A stretch of DNA of 63,779 bases, filler included, from Octopus bimaculoides (Eukaryota), in assembly GCF_001194135.2 (NCBI RefSeq). It is 3 parts of 2 records of this genome, joined end to end, with 100 filler letters (N's around TTAATTAATTAA, not from the genome) between each part and the next. Parts side by side here need not be neighbours in the genome. Positions count along the whole stretch, not along the records: positions 1 to 29,226 come from NC_068982.1; 2 more parts are not named here. The stretch is one strand, 5' to 3'. The notes under the pieces were generated by a model. The model was not told the DNA's origin, did not search any database, and was given only the letters and a program-made list of their open reading frames with translations. The position numbers were made by a program, and so were the translations under genes. Below, piece by piece: positions 1 to 12,959 of the stretch (its first letter is position 1; each line of letters starts with the position of its first letter).

Positions 1-2854
1 ATATGGGTACAGGACATCACCGACAGTAAACAACATGAAATACGAAAACAAATGAATTCAATACGCAAATAACGAGAGAAACAAATGGAAAACAGGACAT
101 GTAACATAAAGAACGATCCTTCATGAGTTGTCGGATGTCTATCTACTCCACATTTCGAGCATTGAACGACAGTATGACTCTTCGAAGACAGTTGCTCCCA
201 TAAATATCAACATAAAATTTTGGATTTATTGGGGGTCAAAGTTGGGAACAAAAACAGGACAATGGAGACATACAAGGAAACCGAACGCAAACAAACATGG
301 AGGGTCGTTAGACCAGAACGAGGGTAAAATAACGAACGCTGGAAAAATATTTTCTTTAATAGGGGAAAAGATAGAAGAGAGAGATAGAATACGTCCAGTC
401 CTTAGGACAGTCACGTGAGGAAAAGAAAGATGAACGATGGTCACGTTTGAGCAACGAGAGAGAGAAAAAGAGAAAGGCAGAGAGATAGAAAACGGTGACG
501 GGGAGAAAAAGATTAGGGAGACCGTTTACTATCTGTCTGTCTGTCTCTCTCCGTTTCTCCCTATATATATATAATGCACTGTTCCGTGACAAAAAAGTGC
601 TCCATCAGGAGAGAGAAAAGTATTTACTTAAAGGACACAATACATGTCTTTAAGTGCTACTAATAGTTTCATATGTTGAGAAATATCTCAAACATATTCA
701 TCAAGCACAAGCCACATATAAGGAATCTTAAAAAATAAAATAAGGAAAGAAATGTGGAAAAGCTGAGTTGACGCGGGAAGAGCTATTCTAAGAGTGCGTT
801 CTACTTCATCTTCGAAACGCCTAGTTTAGAATAGAGGCAGCTGATGAAGGAAAAATTCCATATTTGGCTTGTCTGTTTTCCTATGTGTTCATTCTGTTGT
901 CCGAAAAAAGTTCGCTTTTTGTGCTTTGTTTATGTTCCCGTTCCTTTTTTGTCCACGTTTTTTTGACGTCCTGTACCCGGATATGCATCTATATATATAC
1001 ATGTAGATGTAGGTATGTACATATATGTATGTATATATGTATATGCTCACATATCATTTGTNNNNNNNNNNNNNNNNNNNNNNNNNNNNNNNNNNNNNNN
1101 NNNNNNNNNNNNNNNNNNNNNNNNNNNNNNNNNNNNNNNNNNNNNNNNNNNNNNNNNNNNNNNNNNNNNNNNNNNNNNNNNNNNNNNNNNNNNNNNNNNN
1201 NNNNNNNNNNNNNNNNNNNNNNNNNNNNNNNNNNNNNNNNNNNNNNNNNNNNNNNNNNNNNNNNNNNNNNNNNNNNNNNNNNNNNNNNNNNNNNNNNNNN
1301 NNNNNNNNNNNNNNNNNNNNNNNNNNNNNNNNNNNNNNNNNNNNNNNNNNNNNNNNNNNNNNNNNNNNNNNNNNNNNNNNNNNNNNNNNNNNNNNNNNNN
1401 NTATATAAGTTTGCATGTGGCTATGTATCTGTACATGCATGTATGCATGTAACCATGCACATGTGGATCTGTATTTTTTTACTTACGTTTGTGTGCATAT
1501 ACATATGTTTGATTATCTACATTTGTGTATTTGCATATATCTAGAAACGTTAAACTTCTGCAATGAATTATATGTTTTTACAGTGCAATTAACGGTTTGT
1601 AGTTGTAATATCCTGTTTGAGCGTGTTCTTTCTCAAGATTGGTGCCGAGGCAATAAGTTACACTTGACTTAGAATTGAAGATAATTTCGTTTCACACTCT
1701 TATTTTGAAGACAACTAAGCAGCATAATTTTCAAATTGATAATATGAATAAAACTCCGCTTTTAATCTCTTTGGAAACAGTACGGTTGACATAAAAAGAA
1801 AACAGTTTGTGTGAGGATCATAGAATATGAACGAATTCATTTTACTGTGATATTTGTTTGTATGAAAGTAGGATTTAAGTCAATGTTATTTAGGATGAGC
1901 GTATTGTAAAAGGTGGAGAAATTGCTATCTGTAGGGTTAGTTTACATTCCGAAGGGTGGATGGAGGAAAATGGTATGATGCTGTAATTAAGTCAAGATGG
2001 CCTTTGTATATGTGAAATCAATCCTAATAATGTAGTCAGTTCCGGGAACACAAAACAGAAAATGTGAAAATGAAACAAGCAATGATACCAGTCAACCCAA
2101 ACATTTTTACTTGAATATTTGCTCGGGAAACCATTAAAGGAAAAGAGATGTCAGACGTGGATGACATGTACATCTTCGGACACAAAAGAACTGACGAAAG
2201 GTAGAAACTTGAAGAAGCTATGCTTGTTTCTTGAGATATTGGGCGTAGAGAATGATTAAATGATATTCCGGCTGAAAAAGTGATAAAGGATTTCCTGAAG
2301 ACGGGAATATGACCCAAGATAGATAGGCTTATGGTTCAGCCTGTGACTAAGATGAGAAGGAACAAGAAAATAATACAGAAGTAATACCAGCATATGGAAC
2401 ATAGATAAAATTTGATATAGATGTAACGGGAGAATCTTTTTTTTTTTTGTGCCAGTAACGAAGATCTGAATTTAGTGGATTTTAACTGGATTTTAGGTTA
2501 TAATTTTTTGTTATTAATTGAAATTTCATAATTATGCTTTGCCTACTTGGATTTAATTTGCCTTTGTGTCTTCTCTGATATTACAATATACATTTTAGCC
2601 ATATATTATTTATGCAGTAGCTTTCCGTAATCACGTTCGTAATTTATTTTCAAGATAAATGCAGCCAACGAGGCGACTAATTTAATTGTCTCACACAACT
2701 AATAACAGGAAATATAGAAAGTCATTTTGAATAAGATCTCTTGTTCTGGTATTTTCATTGTTTTTCAGGTAGATTTGTATTCTAAACTTTTGTATCAATA
2801 CGTCCCTGTAAATCATGGTGTACGACTTGCATACTTGCACTTCTTTTGGTTTTA

Positions 2855-3227
2855 TGTTCTGCGTTCAAATACCAACGCTGTCGACTTTGCTTTTTATCTT
2901 TTAAGCATCACTGAAGTAAGTACCTGTCGAGCACTGTGGTCAGTGTCATCGGCTATCCCCTCCCCTAAAATTTCAGGCCTTTTGCCTACAGTAGAAAAGA
3001 TTATTATAACTATTAAGGTGGCGAGCTGGCTGAATCGTTAGCAGGTCGGACAAAATGCTCAACGGCATTTCATCCGTCTTCACGTTCTGTGTTTAAATTT
3101 TGCAGAGGTCGACTTCGCCTTTTATCCTTTCGGTGTCAATAAAATAAGTGCCAGTTGAACATTGGTGTCAATGTAATCAACTCAACCACTTCTTCGAAAT
3201 TGCTCGCCTTGTGCCAAAATTCGAAAC

Positions 3228-3275
<48 letters not shown>

Positions 3276-3484
3276 GGTAGTGAGCTGGCAGAATCGTTAG
3301 CACGCCAGATGAAATGCTTATCGGTTTCCGTCCGTCTTTACATTCTAAATTCAAATTCTGCCGGGGTTTACTATGCCTGTCATACTTTCGGGGTCGATAA
3401 AATAAGTACCAGTCGAGAACTGGGGGTCAGTGTAATCGACTACCCTCCTCCCTCGAAATTTCAGGCATTGTACCTATCGAAAGG

Positions 3485-3530
<46 letters not shown>
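2855..3530 (+). mobile_element. Tandem trio of SINE family B copies, followed by ATT-type tails (long after copies 2 and 3, short after copy 1)
   Basis: Three head-to-tail homologous units (~2855-3000 5'-truncated, 3015-3230, 3274-3485). Shared head aagg(t/c)ggcgagctggcagaatcgttagca, B-box-like gagttcaaattc and core catcctttcggggtcgataaaataagtaccag. Homologous copies recur across the window. Confidence 0.8.
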
Positions 3531-3531
<1 letters not shown>

Positions 3532-6500
3532 AAATACATACATGAACATTGAAATGCCAGTATAGCAGGAATAGCATCATATCCCTGGATAATCCCCTAC
3601 AAGGTTCTTGCAGCACCATCATTTTTAATAAGCCATTTTCTTTTCTCTCTAAACATCCTTATCTTTTTTTTATATATATATTTTTTCATCTTTTTGTCAT
3701 ATTGTTTATCTTTTATGTATTTTTGTATTTGTCTATTAACCACCAAAGATTCAACTAAAGTGTCGTCATAGATAATCGTATATTTGTTATTACGTGTCGA
3801 AAGCATGACCTAGCGCTACACATTATTCATTCTAGAATACAAATAAACTCAACACATTCCAATATAATATTTATAAACAACTCTAGGTCAGCTGTCAATT
3901 ATTATTGACCAATTAAGTGTGGCTTTGATCAGAATCCTTGTTGTAATTATATATAGATTAGGCGTAAAGTTGCTGTTGATGTAATTGAGCCTTGGTCAGC
4001 GCTGATTGTGCACACCTATAATCAAATGCAATCTGTAATTAGTTCTCTCATAATGTATAACACAGTGTGTAAAAAAAAATATTTCTTGTCTTTGGTCAGT
4101 AAGTGTTATTTCCTCTCTGATTATCAACAAATCAAAGGAAATGACTACTATTCCCTTCAAACTTTGCTTTTGAGAAGTAGACATCAAGGTTTTGAAAATA
4201 ACCTATTTTCCATTACCTTTCAGACAGATTCAGCGCTGAGTAGCTGAAGCAGAAATATCGTTATAGCAAATATTCTACTCAATACCAGATTTGCTTGTCA
4301 GTTGATTGACCTTAACTTCTTGAGCACATCCCTTATTGGCTGACAATACATGCATCTCTGATCATGAGCAGGAGTAGTGGAAGAGCATCATAGCTATGTG
4401 TTGAGATGGATTCTTTGGGGTTTGAATAAATGTAAGAAAAGCAAAGTTTGAAGGAAATATTAACCTTTTTCCATACTTTCTAGGTGTAAGCAAGTGAAAA
4501 ATAACGGTTGCTGCCCAAGGAAAAAAAATCGTGTTACACAGTGTAATCCAAGCTAGAATGACGTTTATCGGTCTACTGCGGGTGGGGAATTTTGAAATGA
4601 CTCTATTTTAATACCTGTTTCTAAAGTTTGTACTCGGAAAACCCGCAGCAGAAATGGCCATTTTAAAAGTCAAATANNNNNNNNNNNNNNNNNNNNNNNN
4701 NNNNNNNNNNNNNNNNNNNNNNNNNNNNNNNNNNNNNNNNNNNNNNNNNNNNNNNNNNNNNNNNNNNNNNNNNNNNNNNNNNNNNNNNNNNNNNNNNNNN
4801 NNNNNNNNNNNNNNNNNNNNNNNNNNNNNNNNNNNNNNNNNNNNNNNNNNNNNNNNNNNNNNNNNNNNNNNNNNNNNNNNNNNNNNNNNNNNNNNNNNNN
4901 NNNNNNNNNNNNNNNNNNNNNNNNNNNNNNNNNNNNNNNNNNNNNNNNNNNNNNNNNNNNNNNNNNNNNNNNNNNNNNNNNNNNNNNNNNNNNNNNNNNN
5001 NNNNNNNNNNNNNNNNNNNNNNNNNNNNNNNNNNNNNNNNNNNNNNNNNNNNNNNNNNNNNNNNNNNNNNNNNNNNNNNNNNNNNNNNNNNNNNNNNNNN
5101 NNNNNNNNNNNNNNNNNNNNNNNNNNNNNNNNNNNNNNNNNNNNNNNNNNNNNNNNNNNNNNNNNNNNNNNNNNNNNNNNNNNNNNNNNNNNNNNNNNNN
5201 NNNNNNNNNNNNNNNNNNNNNNNNNNNNNNNNNNNNNNNNNNNNNNNNNNNNNNNNNNNNNNNNNNNNNNNNNNNNNNNNATATATATATATATATATAT
5301 ATTGATAGACAGATATTGTCTGCTAACTGAAGTATGGAATATGTTCATAAGCAGAAAAAGTAAGAAGGTAATGGGGATATTATTGATTAAATGAGATCTA
5401 TGTATTAAAAATTCAAAATCCATCTCGATCCGATTCATTTCATTCTGGAGAGAATATGAAGTTTCCATGAGAAACTATAGATGATACATGTTATCATGTG
5501 TAGTGCAGAGTACTTTAATTCGGGAGTTGTTGTTTAGGAGAAATGAGATTTGATATGATTATTTATGTTTTAAATAAATAACATTTGCACTTGAATATCG
5601 TAAAGTAATAATTAGATTGTCATATTCATATTAGTGTAAAACATTTTGATTCTTGATGAACGAAGCAACTAAGTCAACAGGGAAAAAAATGAGTCGTTGG
5701 AATCTTTTAGTGATGCAGAGTATTCTACGAACACTTTACAAATTACTGATTTTTGCGATGAAATATATTAAATAATAAAAAGAGAAATCCTTATCTGTGT
5801 AATCATATGATGCCATTTACGACGGAGAAAAACAATAATGGAATATATAAATAAGATCTGCGAGTATGACGTCTTAATGTTGTTATATTCTATTTAATAT
5901 CAAATATTTTTAGAATTCCTTGAATCCTTTTTATATTCATCGTTGAACTATAGCGTTTTATTTCTACTATGAAGTAGAAATAAACGCTTCAAGATATGTT
6001 TGAATATATTTAATTTGTATTTAGGAGCGGGAAAATATTTCATAATGTCGATAACAGCTTAATTTAAGACGCAATTTAATCTCAGATTCGTGTTTTCACT
6101 GGTTTAGTATTAATAGCTGGGAGAAAAGGATTTCGAATTACTGTTGACACATTGTCATATTTACCTACCTGCGGCGAGTTGCCATCTTTAGTGAAAGAAA
6201 AGTCTAACATTTTTTATAAGTACGCCATTTTGCCTTTGTCGGTTCTGAATTCAATTCTCGAAAGGCTTTGCATTTCATCCCCTCGACGTCAATAAAATTA
6301 GAACAAGTAGTAAACTGAAACTGAAATTTAATCAACAATATTTCTTTAATATAAAAGGTCTCCTGCTTCGTAAAAGATTTTTCTTAATCCCGAAATCAGT
6401 TAATGGTAACTTCACATATAATTTCTAAGAATAGCTTGTTTTATGTAGCGTTAGATCTGATGTTATATGAGAAACCGTTTCAGAAACATCTATTGGTAGA

Positions 6501-7812
6501 ATACTTGAACCATTTTTGTCCTGTGTAAAAAAGCAACAACAAACAAAACACACACACACACACACAAAGAAAAAAGTTGTGACAATTAGATTAGATAGAA
6601 AAATAAGCATCCATGTTCCCCTTGTAAAGTTTGTCTATTCGATTCATCAAATGTACCCGTTCATTAAACAAACTACTCAACCTGTAAGAACGCTTTTATA
6701 TGATTACTTTTAACACTTACAATAGAGATGGGCGTCAAAGCTGGGTAGTCAACTTTGAAGAATTTTTTTTTTCCTTTTGCTCTCAGTTTTCTGATTCATA
6801 TCGAAAGCTCTGTCGTTGCTTTCATCTTCTCGGGATCGATATTGCCTTTCATTTCTCTAGAATCGATAAATTAAGTACCTGCATGGTATTAGGATATATT
6901 CAATCAACTATATTCCCCGAACAAAATAGCCCTTGTTCCTTTACAAAATAAAATAAAAAATATCAAGAAATAAAACATATATGCACAAACAAACACACAA
7001 AAAACTAAAATAAAATGCTCTTGTTAGATAGAAATTGGTTCCTAAAGTGAATAAAAAGCAGAACTCTGATCCTAACATTAGGCAGTTGTAATTTTGTTGC
7101 CGATGAAATTCGAATGTGTCTATTGTGATAACACAGTTGTGTAGTTCTGTTAATTAAGAAACGTAATTCAGTCTAGTTTTGGTTCTTATATCAGAATAAT
7201 ATAACTGTTGAAATTAACTTTAGCACGATACAGTTTTGTTGCTTGGGTAGCACTATCATTCCTCCGATGCTTTGTTGGTAACAGAGTCGTTAGAAAGTCG
7301 GGCAAAATGCCTTACTGTATTTGTTCTGAATCGCTGTGCTGTGAGTTCAAATTTCGACGAGATCAAATTTGTTTTCAATCGTTTCGAAACCGATAAAATA
7401 TTACCAGTCCAAAGCAGTGTGTTGGCGGGATTATAAGAATGTCAGACAGGATGTTGTTTGTTCTGGCTCTTTGCGTTTTGCGTTCAAAATCCCGCTGTGA
7501 TCTATCTACATGGATGGTAGCCTTTATCCGTGAATATTTTACTTAATTTTTTTCAATACCTTAAAAATGTGACGGAAACTTAAAAACAAAAAAATTGTTT
7601 TTAGTTTTCATAAAGTTAGTAAACAGTCTTAGAATTTGCAATTCGATTTTTAAGAACAATGTTTTCTTACTGTGTATCTTTATAGACAAATAAATGACAA
7701 GCAATATTCGTAGCCACTTTAACATGGCTGTCTGTTCGAGCGGATTCTACTGCGATTTTTTTAACCCCAAGAGGACATCTCCTCTGGCTGGTTAACGATG
7801 CACAGCTGTATC

Positions 7813-7927
7813 CGATAAAATTGCGAGCAGGGGAGCGAACCCCTACCACCTCTTAGCGATGGGACCGGTAGACCAGTCCTGGTTTCGGACTATTTCTGTC
7901 ACTCCTCAGTACTGGACACCTCGTCTG
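7813..7927 (-). repeat. Left inverted terminal repeat (~115 bp) of the Tx1 cassette, carrying a hammerhead motif
   Basis: Reverse complement of 9311-9424 with scattered substitutions (attgcgagcaggggagcgaacccctacca...gtagaccagtcctggtttcg...cagtactg...tcgtctg). Confidence 0.9.
7858..7925 (-). ncRNA. Type I hammerhead ribozyme copy (predicted, more degenerate)
   Basis: Minus strand reads ccagta CTGAGGA gtgacagaaatagtcc GAAA ccag ga ctgg TC taccgg. Core and stem III are intact; stem II is weak. Confidence 0.6.
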
Positions 7928-9305
7928 TTTCTGCATATGCGGATGACGTTACCATCACTGTGTCTGTTGAAGCTCAGCTACATTGTGTACAGAATGCGAT
8001 CAACGGACATGAGGCGGCGGCAGGGGCAAAAATTAGCAAGGACAAGTCCATCGGCTTNNNNNNNNNNNNNNNNNNNNNNNNNNNNNNNNNNNNNNNNNNN
8101 NNNNNNNNNNNNNNNNNNNNNNNNNNNNNNNNNNNNNNNNNNNNNNNNNNNNNNNNNNNNNNNNNNNNNNNNNNNNNNNNNNNNNNNNNNNNNNNNNNNN
8201 NNNNNNNNNNNNNNNNNNNNNNNNNNNNNNNNNNNNNNNNNNNNNNNNNNNNNNNNNNNNNNNNNNNNNNNNNNNNNNNNNNNNNNNNNNNNNNNNNNNN
8301 NNNNNNNNNNNNNNNNNNGGGTTAGGGATGCCGTAGCTGATGATGCACAGACATGTGCCGAGGCACCTCTGGCTCTACCTGGAAGGTGAACAGGTGTGGA
8401 ATCCGCTGGCAGAGACGTTCTTTCCGCGACGGGCCTCCTTGGCAAAAAGAGTGCCGACAGGCACTTGGGCTAATCTACAAGGCGGGCAAGGCCAGCAGCA
8501 GGAGTACTACCTCGATACTCTATAGCGGGATGGTAGAGATCAAGAGGGATGACGTCTTAGGAGAGACTCTGGGGCTCGATGGGGGTAGTTAGCCAACCTG
8601 TACAAAAGAACTTTCAGGCCGGGACACCTGGATAACTGACCTGGCAGTGCTATAGAAGTGCTTTACCTGTTCGTGATAAACTGTCTAGGCATGGAATGTC
8701 TGTGCCACCGGCATGTCCAAGGTGCGGGCAGGACGAGGAAACCGTTCTGCACGCCCTTGTTCAGTGTCCAGAGCTTTCGGGCTTGATAATTTACGCAGAA
8801 CAAGTGCTGTCACATCTGGGAAGAGTACAGCTATCAGCTGAGTCCATGATTAAGATTGCGCTGCCACCCGGACTGTCAAAGGAAGGTAAGGGGTATTTCT
8901 CATGCACAGTTGCAGTACTGAAAGATTGTATATGGAAATCTAGAATGAAAGGTGTCGCGACAGGAACATTCATCTCCGGCCCTGGCTTGCTATACTACTT
9001 CAGATATCTGAAGAGCAAGATAGGGCTGGAGAAAAGACGCCTATCGCGAAGTGTATACGGGAAAAGATGGAAAGATGTGGAAAGAAAGTTAGGGGTGAAT
9101 GACCCTGCGTAATTTCAACCATAGTAAACTAGTACGGTGCAGCCGGTGGACTTCACGGCCAAGTTTTAAAATTTTTTGAATCATATTTTAAATACATCAT
9201 CATATTTTTAAAATTCATTTATGAACCCATGAACACTTTTTCTTTGTGATGTCCTGTATTGTTCTCTCTATGTCCTGTAAATACTATCATAATAAAGAAT
9301 ATATC
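7927..9305 (+). mobile_element. 5'-truncated L1/Tx1-clade LINE (RT C-terminal half, CCHC knuckle, 3' UTR), degenerate and interrupted by a gap
   Basis: Translates VSAYADDVTITVS...AGAKISKDKS from 7927 (RT YADD motif), GLGMP...HLWLYLEGEQVW after the gap, and CPRCGQDEETVLHALVQCP...KDCIWKSR...KRW in ORF 8696-9112. AATAAA at ~9292. Confidence 0.85.
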
Positions 9306-9310
9306 TCTAG

Positions 9311-9424
9311 CAGACGAGATGTCAGTACTGAAGAGTGATAGAAATAGCTCGAAACCAGGACTGGTCTACTGATCCCGTCACTAGGAGATGGTAGGGGTTC
9401 GCTCCCCTGCTCGCAATGTTATCG
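9311..9424 (+). repeat. Right inverted terminal repeat (~114 bp) of the Tx1 cassette
   Basis: Direct alignment with the reverse complement of 7813-7927. Confidence 0.9.
9313..9379 (+). ncRNA. Type I hammerhead ribozyme (predicted)
   Basis: Stem I tcagta(9322-27)/tactga(9367-72), core CTGAAGA, stem II gtgata-GAAA-tagctc (2 mismatches), GAAA, stem III ccag-ga-ctgg, GTC cleavage triplet (9364-66). Stem I extends through a bulge (gacg/cgtc). Confidence 0.75.
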
Positions 9425-9586
9425 AATGACAAGCATTTTAAGTCTACTCTTTGACAAGTTTTACAAACCAAGGTTTAATTTCTTTTCTTTCTCCAAAGCA
9501 ATTCACATTACCGAATCAATATACAAAAGTGAATTGCTTCTTTTTATGCATGCGCGCGCACACACATAGACACAGACAGACAGACA

Positions 9587-9624
<38 letters not shown>

Positions 9625-10419
9625 CGGTATATTGTTGTTCAGGAAAGCCAGGTGTTATTCTCACTTGTGGTCGGAATACTTTCTAGGCAATTTAATTGCA
9701 TCCAGGGAAAGCAAGTAATCCAGCCCCAGATTGGTTCCATAGTAGGAGTACGACTCAAAAGATGATTTATAAATGAAATTAAGCTTTATCAACATTTCTG
9801 AACCTCCTTCACCATATTCTGCTCGATTGATAGTAAAAAGGATTTATCATCCACATTTTATTTTCCGAGTTCTGTGGATACGTTTGAAGGAAACGTTTCA
9901 AAATTTCTAAAGAGCAGCCCACTTAGGCCATTAGTCTCTCCTGGAACATGGGCTCCACATCAGGTTCTTTTTCTTCCCACTCATACTCACTCATTCAAGA
10001 AGTTCCTTTACAAAAGCTACATTGCTACAGTGTGATCCTTTTCTCGTGGTTTCTATTTTCTCAAAGACATCGAAAGATGTCACCTCCTTAATGAAATGAA
10101 TTTGTCATTATGAAATGACAAATTGAGATGATTCTAACGTTTAAAAAAACATGTAACGCAAGTTGGATAACCAAATATCATTGATTTAGTGCCAAATTTC
10201 TCTGTAAAGTAGACAAGATATTTCAGTTTTTAGGGACAATGATGGTGAAACTAGAGTTACCCAATGAAACTCATCATAATAAGCTGAAGTCACTAGAATA
10301 ACTCTACAGGAAAAAACAGGATACTTCTACAAGAAAATAGTGCAATCTAATGTTGAATTGCCTAAAATCTCCTTAATAATTTGCTTAATGCAAAGAAGGG
10401 CTGGTAGACTGAAGTACTG

Positions 10420-10477
<58 letters not shown>

Positions 10478-11879
10478 AATTCTAGTTGTTGCAGAAAACT
10501 AACTACATTAGTAACATGAAATAAAGTTACAATTCATCAGTTACCTACAGCGAATGTTCAGTGTTACCATTTATATATATGTATGATCCCACCAGCTCGT
10601 CTGATCTCTTCTTAAAGATTATATGAGGGAAACACGCTACGACTTGGAAAGTAAGAAACTTCGGGTAGAGAAAAATGCATTTCAGCTTTCCAGCTCCACT
10701 GGATTTAAACCAATACTACTTCAGCAATGCCATTTTTAAGCATTAGAAATATGCCTAAGTAAATAAGTCATTGACATTTCTTCATCTCTCTACTTTCATT
10801 CACCCAAAAAATAAATTCATCCTCCCTTGGGTTAACTAGTCACCAGTTTAAGAAGCACTGGCTTACACTATGTAAGGATTCGGATTAGTTTGAATATATT
10901 TTGTAGTAGGTTATCTTCGCTCCAGCACCTCCAGTATGTAAGCTGACTTTCCTTTGTCTCCCTTCTAATTCCCTATAGATCAATCTACCTCTTTTCATAA
11001 CATCGATGACGTCATAACAAGCCTAAAAGGATTATGTTGACTTTTTTTGTTCAACATTAACCAAAGATTCTTATTTCAGCTGTAAGACTGTAAGAAACCC
11101 ATCTTTGTTGTTTTCAAGAATGTTTATCGTCAAACTGCAAACGTTTACGCTTGCTAGTTATAAATACAGCAAAATATCTCAATTAAAGAAATTATTTCAT
11201 TATTTCTTATTTTGGCTTTTATTCAAAACTTTCTTGTTACTATTTTTGCGTTTTGCAATTTTTCCTGTTAATCCTTCTTTTCCAAATATAATCCACGTAA
11301 GGAGGCTTAATGTCAGATATATTTAACGATGTTATACTTTTATTTTGAATAGGTGAATGTTAGGATTAGGTTGACATTCAATTGCTAAATTTCTGATGTA
11401 GTCTGAATTATTCTCAAATATATTTTTTATAAAGCATTTCTCGCGATGACTATCTCTAATGACAGAAAATTCTAAATAATAGGGTCGCATACTAAATACG
11501 AATAGAGTAGAATCTCACGTACGTAAGGTCGATTAACTGAGATTAAGTATGAAGAAAATATGTAAAGTCCCCAGGAGGGAGTTTCTGCCCGATAATTGCA
11601 TAGATGTTTTCTGTTAGTCGTTGTTTTTCAAACTCACTAAATCACATACGAGAAAGCCTACAGAATGTGTATTTAGAATGCAAAACACTCTCCTGGGATA
11701 TTAGCATTCAACCATACAGTTGACATTCATAATTAGTATTGCTACATTCCCTCAAATGTCCATCTCTCTCACCTCTCTCTCATTTTTCCCTCTCTCTCTC
11801 TCATTCTTCTCTCCCCCCCTCTCTCTCTCTCTATATATATATATATACACACACTCACATATATATTCTTTTATCCTTT

Positions 11880-12085
11880 TTATTCTTTTAGTCATTTAAC
11901 TGCGGCCATGGTGGAGCATCGCCTTTAGTCGAACAAATCGACCCCAGGACTTATTCTTTGTAAGCCTAGTACTTATTCTATAGGTCGCTTTTGCCAAACC
12001 GCTAAGTTACGGGGACGTAGACACGCCAACATTGGACATTGGTTGTCAATCGATGGTGGGGGTGGTCCAACACAAACATACATAC
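11880..12085 (-). mobile_element. SINE family A, 3' part
   Basis: Matches the reverse complement of the 3' half of the full-length copy at 32779-33187 (gcggccatg..gagca..gcctttagtcga.caaatcgaccccaggacttattctttgtaagcctagtac). Confidence 0.85.
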
Positions 12086-12959
12086 ACTTATATNNNNNNN
12101 NNNNNNNNNNNNNNNNNNNNNNNNNNNNNNNNNNNNNNNNNNNNNNNNNNNNNNNNNNNNNNNNNNNNNNNNNNNNNNNNNNNNNNNNNNNNNNNNNNNN
12201 NNNNNNNNNNNNNNNNNNNNNNNNNNNNNNNNNNNNNNNNNNNNNNNNNNNNNNNNNNNNNNNNNNNNNNNNNNNNNNNNNNNNNNNNNNNNNNNNNNNN
12301 NNNNNNNNNNNNNNNNNNNNNNNNNNNNNNNNNNNNNNNNNNNNNNNNNNNNNNNNNNNNNNNNNNNNNNNNNNNNNNNNNNNNNNNNNNNNNNNNNNNN
12401 NNNNNNNNNNNNNNNNNNNNNNNNNNNNNNNNNNNNNNNNNNNNNNNNNNNNNNNNNNNNNNNNNNNNNNNNNNNNNNNNNNNNNNNNNAGCTGAAACAT
12501 ATTATAGATTAGAGATATAGAAATATAAAAATATATGAATATATGAATACTAAAAATATACATGGACATATAAATATATGAATATATAAACAGAATAATA
12601 ATAGAATATAGATAAAAACGTTTTTAAAAAGAAATGAACGAATATCTAGCGTAAATATCATTTTTCGCTGATGAAGGAGATATTCTCAGAAAATGAATCT
12701 TAAGATTCAGTTGTTATTTGGATGAATGAACCCCACAAATGATCGTTGGAATGCTTTAGTTTGTAGCTCTTCCCGCAAAGTAAATTAAATGAAATTTGTG
12801 ATGCGGAGGAATTAAGTGGCAAACAGAAAACACGACAATAGGCACAAGCATGGTTGTGTGGTAACAATTTTGCTTCCCAAGCACATGGTTCAGGAAAGCT
12901 TACTAACTTCCTACTTCCAGGTCTTTGGATCTTACAATTCCATATTCTTTCTACTGGAA

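Noticed and set aside
775-870. cgaaac upstream of ctgatgaagg (and a similar reverse motif near 120-200)
   Set aside because: Hammerhead core words are present, but I could not build stems I and III in any permutation. Probably an interspersed repeat.
864-1544. Long ORFs spanning N runs (also 4608-5468, 11973-12569, 16133-16756, 20536-21408, 38719-39908, 52234-52773)
   Set aside because: They are open only because N codons have no stops.
2188-2212. ctgacga...gaaac
   Set aside because: No stem II can form between the motifs.
10700-11100. Possible very old CR1/L2 RT remnant (LFINIDD)
   Set aside because: Only one weak motif; needs an HMM search.
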